From: Ignicoccus islandicus DSM 13165
Lineage (GTDB): Archaea > Thermoproteota > Thermoprotei_A > Sulfolobales > Ignicoccaceae
Assembly (NCBI RefSeq): GCF_001481685.1
Contig: NZ_CP006867.1
Span: 360,001 to 392,000 of the forward strand
Direction of reading: 5' to 3'
Length of the DNA: 32,000 bases
Of this stretch, positions 9,873 through 18,264 are shown in pieces (within the stretch, counting starts at the first letter, position 1; the number at the start of each line of letters is the position of its first letter). The notes below the pieces were generated by a model. It did no database searches and was not told the DNA's origin. It saw only the letters and a program-made list of their open reading frames with translations. Position numbers and translations under genes: made by a program.

Positions 9873-10778
9873 TCACTTCGATTTCTGGTCTTGGTCAGCC
9901 CCTAACAGTTTCGCTAAGATATCCATTATAGTACCAGCGTCAATTTGATCGCGAGTATTACACTCACAGCAGAATAAGTAGGAATAGATTAGGGCCATTG
10001 CATCGCCTAGCCAGGGGCAATAGGGGAACTTGAAGTTATTGTTATCGCTTGATAACGCTGCCCTGACAACTTCATAGAACCATTCCGACCTATCTTTAAG
10101 TTTTCCAGTAGCTTTCAAGTAGGTTACGGCTGCTGCTAAAGAGAGGAATTTGCAAAATTGTGTGTTTAGCTTCCCTTTCACGTTGTTTAAAGCACTAGCG
10201 AAATTGGAGGCTTTATTATCACCGTAACATGTATCCAGCATATATATAAGGTCTTTGAGAGTATTCTTTATAGCTTTTACCAATTCGTTCTTCTTCTTAT
10301 CTTCATCAATATCTTTTCCTAGTATTCTCTTTAAGAGATCTTCTCCTTTCATCTCTGATATCTTCTCATGCATCTCTTTTAGTGAACTTAGCAGTCCTTG
10401 TACGGTTTTACAATCTCCGTTGCTTGTCCCATAGTTTTCTATAAGCCCGACTAGTTCATTCACACACCTATTTATTTCAAATGCCTTAGCAACATTTTGA
10501 TCGACGTCCCTTAGTTTATTTTTGATCTTTATACAAATAGCTTCGGTCACTTTTCTAATTAGTTCGCGGGCCTTCTCGTTACTTGAGAAGCTACATAAAT
10601 CTAATTCGTTATTATTCCCGCTCTTATTTTTACCAGTTTGGATCTTCTTGTATATGAGTTCATTCATGAGCTCATTGATTACATCTTTTACCTCTACCGA
10701 CTCTTTTGCGTCCTTTTTCAGTGTTATCTCGAGTAACTCGTTGAGCTTATATAAACCAGATTTGCTAGAGTTAGACAC
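9873..10778 (-). CDS. Hypothetical all-alpha, Cys-rich, Lys/Asn-rich protein (ORFan)
   Basis: 301-aa ORF in a markedly AT-rich stretch, with ATG start and TGA stop. No family was recognised. Many Cys residues are present, including PYCPW and FCCECN near the C-terminus. Confidence 0.55.
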   Translation of the reverse strand: MSNSSKSGLYKLNELLEITLKKDAKESVEVKDVINELMNELIYKKIQTGKNKSGNNNELDLCSFSSNEKARELIRKVTEAICIKIKNKLRDVDQNVAKAFEINRCVNELVGLIENYGTSNGDCKTVQGLLSSLKEMHEKISEMKGEDLLKRILGKDIDEDKKKNELVKAIKNTLKDLIYMLDTCYGDNKASNFASALNNVKGKLNTQFCKFLSLAAAVTYLKATGKLKDRSEWFYEVVRAALSSDNNNFKFPYCPWLGDAMALIYSYLFCCECNTRDQIDAGTIMDILAKLLGADQDQKSK

Positions 10779-10902
10779 TCCCTTTTCACCTATCGAGTTT
10801 CTCGCATGATGGATTCATATATCTAACTTCTTAGAATGTTCTACGCCAATTAGAGTGTAATTACATTACTGTATTAGTTGGTAAGGTTGATCGGGGATTG
10901 AA

Positions 10903-11319
10903 GTGTATATCAAATTTAAACAAGGATCTATAAAAGTAGAAGTGATAGGGAACGCATTATACGTAGGAGACGAAATAGTTCTGGATGCGAGAACAATAAC
11001 GTTTCCGAAAGGAAGCAAGGTTTACTACGCTGAACCTACTAAGAAGAAAATGGTTATAGTAATAGAACATCCTCCGATAAGGTTCGTTGAAGATCCACCT
11101 AGGGTAGACTTAGTCGCTAACGATAGGTTTTACTATATGGGGTTCGATGTCAGAGCAACAGACCTGGATTTCGAAAAGTACCTAACAGTAGTAGTACCAG
11201 GTTCGTTTTTATATGATTACGTTATAGTTACTTCAAACAAGAGCGAAGTCGCTATGAGCGCAAAGAGGAAAGCATATCTAGAGGAAACTGAAAAAAGTTC
11301 GATTATTTACTTATTGTAA
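10903..11319 (+). CDS. Hypothetical protein
   Basis: 138-aa ORF with GTG start, divergent from the 301-aa ORFan. Its end overlaps the convergent 693-aa gene by 13 nt. No recognisable motifs. Confidence 0.45.
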   Translation: MYIKFKQGSIKVEVIGNALYVGDEIVLDARTITFPKGSKVYYAEPTKKKMVIVIEHPPIRFVEDPPRVDLVANDRFYYMGFDVRATDLDFEKYLTVVVPGSFLYDYVIVTSNKSEVAMSAKRKAYLEETEKSSIIYLL

Positions 11320-13388
11320 GCCCTTCGCTTGAGTAACTTGCGAGAAGCTATGGAAGCCAACCCACCAATCAATGCAACAGACGGAATGCCCTTTTCGGCG
11401 CCACTAGAGCTACTGGTTATAATGAGTTCTGACTGCGATGCTGCTATCGGAGTTACTTTATATATTTTCGCATATCCAAATAGAGAAGCTACTACTATCT
11501 TGTCACCGCTCCATGCTACATGTCCAAAATCAACTGGATTCACTCTACCCAAAACTTCTCCATCCCTATTAACAACTAAAAGTTTTGAACTCGAAAGTAA
11601 AGCTAAGTAGTTGCAATCTTGTGAAAAGGCTTCCATATGAATCCATGGAGATTTATCTATATCTATTAGGTGTGAATTATCAATAACGGGAGTACTGAAA
11701 GTCTTTTCCCAGAGAACTTTAGCATGTGAAGGATCGCTTATATCTATCATAGATCTTGTTAGGTAGCTTCGCGTTAGTAAATAGCTTCCGCACGACTCAA
11801 TTCTTTTAATATGATGAGATTTAGGATTATTTTTAAATATTATTGTTTTGAACGTTATTTTTCCGTCTCTAGGGTTCACTGTGTATAAGTACAAGTAATA
11901 GTGTGCATTTCCACTATCGTCATCTTTACTAACTTCCAAGAATAAGTAGAATTGATCATTAGAATTAGACCTTGCAATGAATACTTCTGTAAGACTCCCA
12001 TCGACAGTGCTCACATTCAATTCAGTTTCCCACTTAAGAGTACCAGAGTAGTCGAGCTTAACGCACTTTACTAACTTTTGGGAAGAATTGAGATTACATA
12101 ATGCTATACCGTCTTCAATGATGAGTGGGTACTTGGCTGAGAGAATACCTTGAGTGTTTATTTCATTAATAAGGGTTCCGTTTTTGTTAACTAAATAGAC
12201 ACTGTTACCGGTACCTAAGGCGAAGAATCCATTGTAGTAATCTATACTATAAATATTTCCATCAGTATTGATGAGGTTAACTAGGTCTCCTTCTATTGTT
12301 TCTATTATGAAAATATTATGAAACGAGGCTCCTATATATCCATCTGGTGTGACTTCCAAGTTTCTTATGAGGAAAAATTCAAAATCGAGGGACGATATTG
12401 ATTCTTTTATTGAAAACTCTATTATTTTCTCTATTTTAACCTTAAGACCCATCAAGGAGGGGGTTGGCGGAGAGAGCGCGCTCTCATCGACAGTAAATGC
12501 ATAGATTTCTCCCGGAGTTACAGCGAATAAATTATTGTTCTGCCAGAACACAAAGAACGTGTTTGGGACTACTTTCGTGAATACGAGCTTTCCTGTAATA
12601 TCAAATACCTTCAATCGTCCAGTGTCAACGTCACCGACGGCTATATATCGGCAATCGGGCGAGAACGCTATTTTCTCAAAAGGTTCTCCTCCTGCTTCCG
12701 AGCTTTCCCAAACAACTGAGGGAACTACTTTCGATATATCCATCAAATAAAGATTAGTTAGAGTTAGCACAGCTAAATAATTTCCACAAGTGGTCATAGC
12801 TACAGCGGTGAAACGTCCCCCTAGGTTAAAGGAACTCTCTGCTACGTTCCTACCGTTCTCTAAATCAAGGACATAGATTTTACCAACTGGTAATAAGGAA
12901 TAGTAAAAGTATTTCCCACGAACCGCACCAGCTGTAGCTTCATGTGGATAACGTAATGTTATAGTCCATTTGGTACTTCCATTAAGGTCTACTAACTTAA
13001 TATCACTACCATAAAGTAGTATTCCGTAATCCGTTGTCTCGGCTCTATAGACACTAGCATCTTGGATAGTGAGCGTTTTCCATAAGCTCCCGTTCTCATA
13101 TATTAGCCAGAGTTTATCCCCCTCCGGTTCCATAACGATAAACAAGCCTTTGTTATAAACTATGTCTGAAATATCCCCATAAACATTAACTTTAGCAATG
13201 AAGTTCCCATATCTATCAAACAAGTAAACTAAGTCTCTATCCGTGAGGACAGCTAAGGTACCGCTATCGGAAACAGCGGCCGAAACTATAGTTCCATCAA
13301 CTTTTTGCATCCACTTTAAATCTAGGTTCAGAGAGAAGCCTATCGAGGCTATAATTAGTATTACTATTAAGCTATTCAGATTTTTCAT
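11307..13388 (-). CDS. Surface-anchored double beta-propeller repeat protein, paralogue 2
   Basis: 693 aa with an N-terminal signal (MKNLNSLIVILIIASIGFSLNL). Two repeat-rich halves are joined by a PPTPS linker. The N-terminal half aligns by eye with the 344-aa ORF (VSDSGTLAVLTDRDLVYLFDRYGNFIAK vs FSDNGHLGVASGDKCAYVFDANGSLLGK; IAFSPDCRYIAV vs FAISPDSSYAV). The C-terminus has a Ser-rich stalk, GIP, a TM helix and a basic tail. Confidence 0.7.
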   Translation of the reverse strand: MKNLNSLIVILIIASIGFSLNLDLKWMQKVDGTIVSAAVSDSGTLAVLTDRDLVYLFDRYGNFIAKVNVYGDISDIVYNKGLFIVMEPEGDKLWLIYENGSLWKTLTIQDASVYRAETTDYGILLYGSDIKLVDLNGSTKWTITLRYPHEATAGAVRGKYFYYSLLPVGKIYVLDLENGRNVAESSFNLGGRFTAVAMTTCGNYLAVLTLTNLYLMDISKVVPSVVWESSEAGGEPFEKIAFSPDCRYIAVGDVDTGRLKVFDITGKLVFTKVVPNTFFVFWQNNNLFAVTPGEIYAFTVDESALSPPTPSLMGLKVKIEKIIEFSIKESISSLDFEFFLIRNLEVTPDGYIGASFHNIFIIETIEGDLVNLINTDGNIYSIDYYNGFFALGTGNSVYLVNKNGTLINEINTQGILSAKYPLIIEDGIALCNLNSSQKLVKCVKLDYSGTLKWETELNVSTVDGSLTEVFIARSNSNDQFYLFLEVSKDDDSGNAHYYLYLYTVNPRDGKITFKTIIFKNNPKSHHIKRIESCGSYLLTRSYLTRSMIDISDPSHAKVLWEKTFSTPVIDNSHLIDIDKSPWIHMEAFSQDCNYLALLSSSKLLVVNRDGEVLGRVNPVDFGHVAWSGDKIVVASLFGYAKIYKVTPIAASQSELIITSSSSGAEKGIPSVALIGGLASIASRKLLKRRAYNK

Positions 13389-13468
13389 TACTTACCAGCA
13401 CACGCAGAAAGATTTACGAACTCATCCTTAAAAAGTGAGCTAGCAAAAGGAAAGGGTAGGTTAGGGCG

Positions 13469-13762
13469 ATGGGTTACGACCCCTTACTAGTAATAGTATT
13501 GAGTCTGATAACTCTAATGGTAGTTACCTCAATTATGTTTAAAATGAATGTAGTATTAAGCGCTGGTATAGGAAGCGTTTCCGCTGCTGTAGGTGGCCTC
13601 GGTTCATATTTAATATGTACTATACTATTCCCCTCGACTTCTCCAATAATATGTGCAACGATAGGGTCTATATCAAGCATGTGGAGTTCGGTATTGACTC
13701 TATACCTAAGCGCTAGCTTGCAACAACAAGGAATAGGCTTAACAATGTATATTCATGGATAA
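13469..13762 (+). CDS. Small hydrophobic membrane protein (about 3 TM)
   Basis: 97-aa ORF with ATG start, almost entirely hydrophobic or small residues. It lies between the two divergent propeller genes. No family was recognised. Confidence 0.4.
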   Translation: MGYDPLLVIVLSLITLMVVTSIMFKMNVVLSAGIGSVSAAVGGLGSYLICTILFPSTSPIICATIGSISSMWSSVLTLYLSASLQQQGIGLTMYIHG

Positions 13763-13826
13763 TCAGTAAGCGTTAACTTATTAGATGCGGTTTTGTAGGA
13801 GTAGCTTGAGTTGAAGGAGAAGAATA

Positions 13827-14861
13827 TTGAAACTAGTTACAGTAATTTTAGTCTCCATAGCATTGGTTGTCATTAACGCATACGATTTAGTTCTGGTATG
13901 GGAAACGCACGAACCTAAAGACGGAATACTCAAAATAACATTTTCAGATAATGGACACTTGGGAGTAGCCTCCGGGGATAAGTGCGCTTACGTATTCGAT
14001 GCGAACGGTTCGCTACTTGGTAAGAAGTGTGGAAGCAAAGGCATGAGAGATGTCGATTATTCCAATGGTACTTTTGCTTTCAGTAACTATGACGATTACG
14101 TGTATTTACTTTGGGAAAACGGAACTTATTGGAAAGAAATATACGTTGGCGATGAAAGGAACGTAGCAGTTGAGATGCTAGGAAACGGCTTTGTAGTTTG
14201 CGAATCTCATTGCACTCGTTACGATTTACAAGGAAACGTGATATGGGACCGGGTCGTTACTGATAGGTACGTTATAGATTTAGAAAGTAGTGGTAATTAC
14301 CTTTATTTAACTAATTTTAAAGGTACGCATAGTTACTTAGAAGTTAGAAACTTGAGCGACGGTAGCTTAGTAACGAACATAGATCATGAAAACAACGTCA
14401 TAAAGAACTTAGCCTTGAGGGGGAACTTCCTAATAGCTTCATCGTTCGGAGTTAGCTACGTTTACGATATCTCAGATCCTCAGAACGTAAGTATTCTCGG
14501 AGCTCTGGGTCCGGCCGAGGATTTCGCTATCTCGCCAGATAGTAGCTACGCAGTAATGGTCAACTCAAGTAAAGTAGTTATCTATAACACCCAAGGAGAA
14601 GCGATATACGAGGCTCCGATTTCTAATGCACTGAGAGTAGATTGGTGGAACAACTTAATTGCAATAGGTTTCGAAGACGGTACCGTAAAGGTCTATAAGT
14701 TCTTAATTGAAGATGAGGAACCTCAAGAGGAGGTCGCTACAACAGTACTTCATACAGAGACGAATACTCAGAGCACGGAATCACAAAGCGTTTCAGGAAT
14801 ACCTTTCATTAGTATAGCCGTAATTCCGCTAACAAGACTTAAGAGGAAGTTGAGAAAGTAG
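13827..14861 (+). CDS. Surface-anchored beta-propeller repeat protein, paralogue 3
   Basis: 344 aa with TTG start and an N-terminal signal/anchor. Repeat motifs include CAYVFDANGSLLG, TRYDLQGNVIWD, VVIYNTQGEAIYE and GTVKVYKF. The C-terminus has a Thr/Ser/Gln-rich stalk, then GIPFISIAVIPL and RLKRKLRK. Confidence 0.7.
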   Translation: MKLVTVILVSIALVVINAYDLVLVWETHEPKDGILKITFSDNGHLGVASGDKCAYVFDANGSLLGKKCGSKGMRDVDYSNGTFAFSNYDDYVYLLWENGTYWKEIYVGDERNVAVEMLGNGFVVCESHCTRYDLQGNVIWDRVVTDRYVIDLESSGNYLYLTNFKGTHSYLEVRNLSDGSLVTNIDHENNVIKNLALRGNFLIASSFGVSYVYDISDPQNVSILGALGPAEDFAISPDSSYAVMVNSSKVVIYNTQGEAIYEAPISNALRVDWWNNLIAIGFEDGTVKVYKFLIEDEEPQEEVATTVLHTETNTQSTESQSVSGIPFISIAVIPLTRLKRKLRK

Positions 14862-14872
14862 CTAGGTGATTT

Positions 14873-17311
14873 TTATAGTATATTGTGGAGGGCTCTGAAG
14901 TCCTCCTCGAAGCCCTCTAGACCGCTAACGTCTATTCCATGCTCCTCTAGTTCTCTCAAGCTAATTGGATCCTTTAGCTTTCTTTTTAGAACCTCTTTCT
15001 TCAATTTCCATACTTGGGAATTGAGTTCCATAACCCTCCTACCTATTTCCAGTTCCCTCTCGAAGTTCCACTCCTTCCTGGGTTTGGGCATCTCTTGAGC
15101 GTGGACGCTTTCCTTCGAATACAGCTGTCTCCAAACGTAATCGGTTATGGCTGGAGCGATTGGAGCGAGGACCAATAGAACGTGCTTGAGGGATTGGTGG
15201 AGGGCGTACCAAGCCCCCATAGCGTCTTCCTCAGTGAACCTTTCGTCTAGCAATCTCGCCCTCTTCTTGCTCAGCTCGATGTAGTGGGAGGCGAGCTTAT
15301 CCCAAACGAAGTGGTATATCTCTTCCGCTACAGCGTGGAAGTCCAGTTCCTCGTAAGCTCGGTTTATTTTCTCTAGGGACTGATTTAACTCGGCCAATAT
15401 CCACTTATCCGTTGCTCTTAATTGGGCGTTATCAACTATTGGGAAGGAGCTAATGTATCTCGCAACGTTAAGTAGTTTGGTAAGGAATTTGTACGCGCCT
15501 AAGATCTTGCTCTCAATGACCCTGTAGTTCTCACCGGGCTTCACTTCTAGGGCTATCCAGAACCTGGTCGCGTCTGCACCGTACTTATCGAGGATTTCCT
15601 CCGGTTTTATTACGTTTCCGTACCTCTTGCTCATTTTCCGGCCTTTCTCATCCAATCCCATTCCATTGATGAAGACCCATTCGAAAGCTCTCTTGCCAGT
15701 TAATTGGTGAACCCTAAGGAGGGTATAGTAGAGCCAAGTTCTAATTATGTCGTATCCTTGAGGCCTTAGCTTAGTGCCCTCTAGGAACGTCTTCCTCCAG
15801 AACTCCTCGTCCCTCAAGTATTTCGTTATGTATAGAATTGATATTGAGGAGTCCATCCACGTATCGAAAACTCTCTTCTCGCCTTCCCATTCAGACGATC
15901 CGCACTTAGGACACCTATCTATAGGCGGATTCTCCTTCCATGGCCTGTAGTACTTACCTGGCGGGGGAACGTACTTGTAGCCACATTTCTTGCAAGTCCA
16001 AACCGGTATTTCTGTTGCATAGAACCTCCTTCGAGAAATTGGCCAATCGGTAGTAACTGAATCGATCCATTGAATTAAGTTGGCCCTGTACCTCTCGGGT
16101 TGCCACTTCATTTCATAGGCGTACTTCTTTAGAACGTCCTTGTAAGGCAATTGCTTTAGGTAGTATTCCTTCATTGGAATTATTTCAATTTCCGTTTCGC
16201 ATCTCTCGTGCACGGGTACTTTGTGAACTATCTTCTCTACTTTCACTAAGTAACCTTCTTCCTTTAGTATCTCTACTATTTTCTTCTTGGCTTCCTTAAC
16301 CTTGAGACCTTTAATAGGACCGGCGCACTCGGTCATTCTTCCATCGATATCTATTGCTTTTATGGGCTTGAGGTTCAGCTCTCTAAACAGTTGAACGTCC
16401 CTCCAATCTCCAAACGAACAAACCATCATGGCGCCTGTACCGAAGTTCGGGTCTGCCATTTTGTGAGGAATAATCGGAATCTCTCTATTGTATATCGGCA
16501 CTACCGCTATCTTCCCATGGAACCTCTTGTACCTCTCGTCGTCCGGGTGCACTATTACGGCTTGACACGCGCAAAGGAGCTCCGGCCTGGTAGTCGCTAT
16601 AGTTATGAATTCGTTGGTTTCCTTCACTCTGAAGTTTACGTAAGCTAGTATGCCCTCCCTCTCTTTATACTCGACCTCGGCGTCCGCTATGGTAGTTTTG
16701 CACTTAGGGCACCAGTTGTTAGGCCTCTCGGCCTCGTATATCAGGCCCTCGTTCCAAAGCCTTATGAAAGTCGCTTGAGTAAGAGCTCTATAGTCAGGAG
16801 AATCGGTCATATATGCGTTATCTATATCTGCAGCAATTAACAACCTCTTCAAAACGTTCTTCATGTTAACTACGAACTCGTCCAATGCCTTCCTACAAGC
16901 CTCTAGGAACTTCTCCCTATCCGTGTTCCAAGGCGTTAAGCCCAGGTATTTCTCTACGTAAAGTTCGATTGGGAGGCCGTTCCTATCGAAACCTATCGGA
17001 TAAAGCACTTCGTACCCTAACATCCTCATGGCTCTCGCTATCATGTCGTGTAGCGAATAGCTAACGGCTGCCCCAATGTGCCAAACGGGAGCTGGATAGG
17101 GCGGTGGTGTATCTATTACGAACTTCGGTTTGGGGGAATTGACGTCGAACTTCCACCAGTCCTCCTTTTCCCACCATTGCCTTACTTCATTCTCTATTTT
17201 AAAGTCCCATCTCTTTAGTTCTATCTTCGGCTTGAACTCCATTTCCTGGCTCCTTTCGTTCAATCCATGGGAGTGAAAAATTAACGCTTTCCGTGAGATC
17301 TCCTTAGTCAA
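14873..17311 (-). CDS. valS: Valine--tRNA ligase (class I aaRS, archaeal type)
   Basis: 812 aa. The motifs are: IDTPPPYP...WHIGAAVSY (HIGH region); the editing-domain signature TTRPELL..QAVIVHPDDERY and FGTGAMMVCSFGD; FDTWMDSS; and KMSKR. The maximal ORF starts at TTG 17311, about 28 nt downstream of a TATA-like box. An alternative ATG at 17242 (MEFKPKIELKRWDF...) cannot be excluded. Confidence 0.85.
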   Translation of the reverse strand: MTKEISRKALIFHSHGLNERSQEMEFKPKIELKRWDFKIENEVRQWWEKEDWWKFDVNSPKPKFVIDTPPPYPAPVWHIGAAVSYSLHDMIARAMRMLGYEVLYPIGFDRNGLPIELYVEKYLGLTPWNTDREKFLEACRKALDEFVVNMKNVLKRLLIAADIDNAYMTDSPDYRALTQATFIRLWNEGLIYEAERPNNWCPKCKTTIADAEVEYKEREGILAYVNFRVKETNEFITIATTRPELLCACQAVIVHPDDERYKRFHGKIAVVPIYNREIPIIPHKMADPNFGTGAMMVCSFGDWRDVQLFRELNLKPIKAIDIDGRMTECAGPIKGLKVKEAKKKIVEILKEEGYLVKVEKIVHKVPVHERCETEIEIIPMKEYYLKQLPYKDVLKKYAYEMKWQPERYRANLIQWIDSVTTDWPISRRRFYATEIPVWTCKKCGYKYVPPPGKYYRPWKENPPIDRCPKCGSSEWEGEKRVFDTWMDSSISILYITKYLRDEEFWRKTFLEGTKLRPQGYDIIRTWLYYTLLRVHQLTGKRAFEWVFINGMGLDEKGRKMSKRYGNVIKPEEILDKYGADATRFWIALEVKPGENYRVIESKILGAYKFLTKLLNVARYISSFPIVDNAQLRATDKWILAELNQSLEKINRAYEELDFHAVAEEIYHFVWDKLASHYIELSKKRARLLDERFTEEDAMGAWYALHQSLKHVLLVLAPIAPAITDYVWRQLYSKESVHAQEMPKPRKEWNFERELEIGRRVMELNSQVWKLKKEVLKRKLKDPISLRELEEHGIDVSGLEGFEEDFRALHNIL

Positions 17312-17339
17312 TCAAGTGTGATCTGATTCAAGGGTCAAG

Positions 17340-17356
17340 ATTTATATGTTTTATAG
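17340..17356 (-). promoter_or_regulatory. Putative TATA-box promoter of valS
   Basis: The minus strand reads CCTATAAAACATATAAATCTT. The ATATAAAT element ends about 28 nt upstream of the TTG at 17311, consistent with a near-leaderless archaeal transcript. Confidence 0.35.
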
Positions 17357-18016
17357 GTTTTCTTGAAGTCTTTCCCTGATACGTTCTTCTATTTGTTTTG
17401 TATTCGATTTCGATCCTAGTACTTCTCTGAAAGGAAGAAGCAAGTAAATCACTCCAGTACAGTGATTACATGAATACAATGGAAAGAATATGGCGGTGCT
17501 TCGCCTCCTTTTCTCTCCTTGTCGCCTTGGCCCTCCCAAATGGGGGACAAGGTTGTAGCCGTTCAAACTATGATAGAGGAGAAGATAAACGAATAGGTTC
17601 TAATAGGAATCGTATTTAGGTCTAATTACAGCCTTTCCTATCGAATCCATAAGCTCTTCTACCTTCTTTGTACTACTTGGGACAATCCCTACGTCAATAA
17701 CACTCAAGCTCGGCACGTTATCAATTAGGTTAAATGAGCTAGCTCATCCAGTTTTTCTGCTTTTAACATTGTGTATTCCGAACATAAACTTTAACAGAGC
17801 GAGTTTCAATGTACCTTCGGGTAAGCTAATACTTATAGGGAAACTTTCTTCTACTATTTTGTAATCAAGCTTATTTCTATTATTTATAAAGCTAGCTAAA
17901 GCAATCCTGCTGAGCCATCTCATTCTTCCAATTATCGAATAAGATCTAGGACCTCCTACGAAGAGTAACTCTCCGTTAATTAATTTAAAATTCTTACCTT
18001 GAGCGTCTTCGCCCAT
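17351..18016 (-). pseudogene. Decayed gene: one 222-codon reading frame interrupted by two in-frame stops
   Basis: The 90-aa ORF (18016..17744) ends at TGA 17746..17744. The same frame stays open for 47 codons to TAG 17602..17600. It then stays open again, still in frame, through the 71-aa ORF to TAA at 17351. No frameshift is needed. The product is unrecognised. A weak resemblance of GELLFVGGPRSYS to a degenerate RecA/KaiC-type P-loop is speculative. Confidence 0.5.
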
Positions 18017-18264
18017 ATAGGGCGTTCAATTCACGAATCTGAGTTTTACTCTTGGAAGATCCTTTAATATTCCCTTACTAAATTCGCTTAACTCATAAAG
18101 AAAAAGGATATATTTCTTTAGGTTATCACCGGATCGTAATCGTAACTGTAGATTGGACGACACAACTAGAGGATCTGATCATCGAAATCAAGCTTTTCAG
18201 ATCTTCGCCTCGCTCTCAACCTTTTTACCTTCCCCTCCCAATTAACTCCCTTCGGGAACATTGA

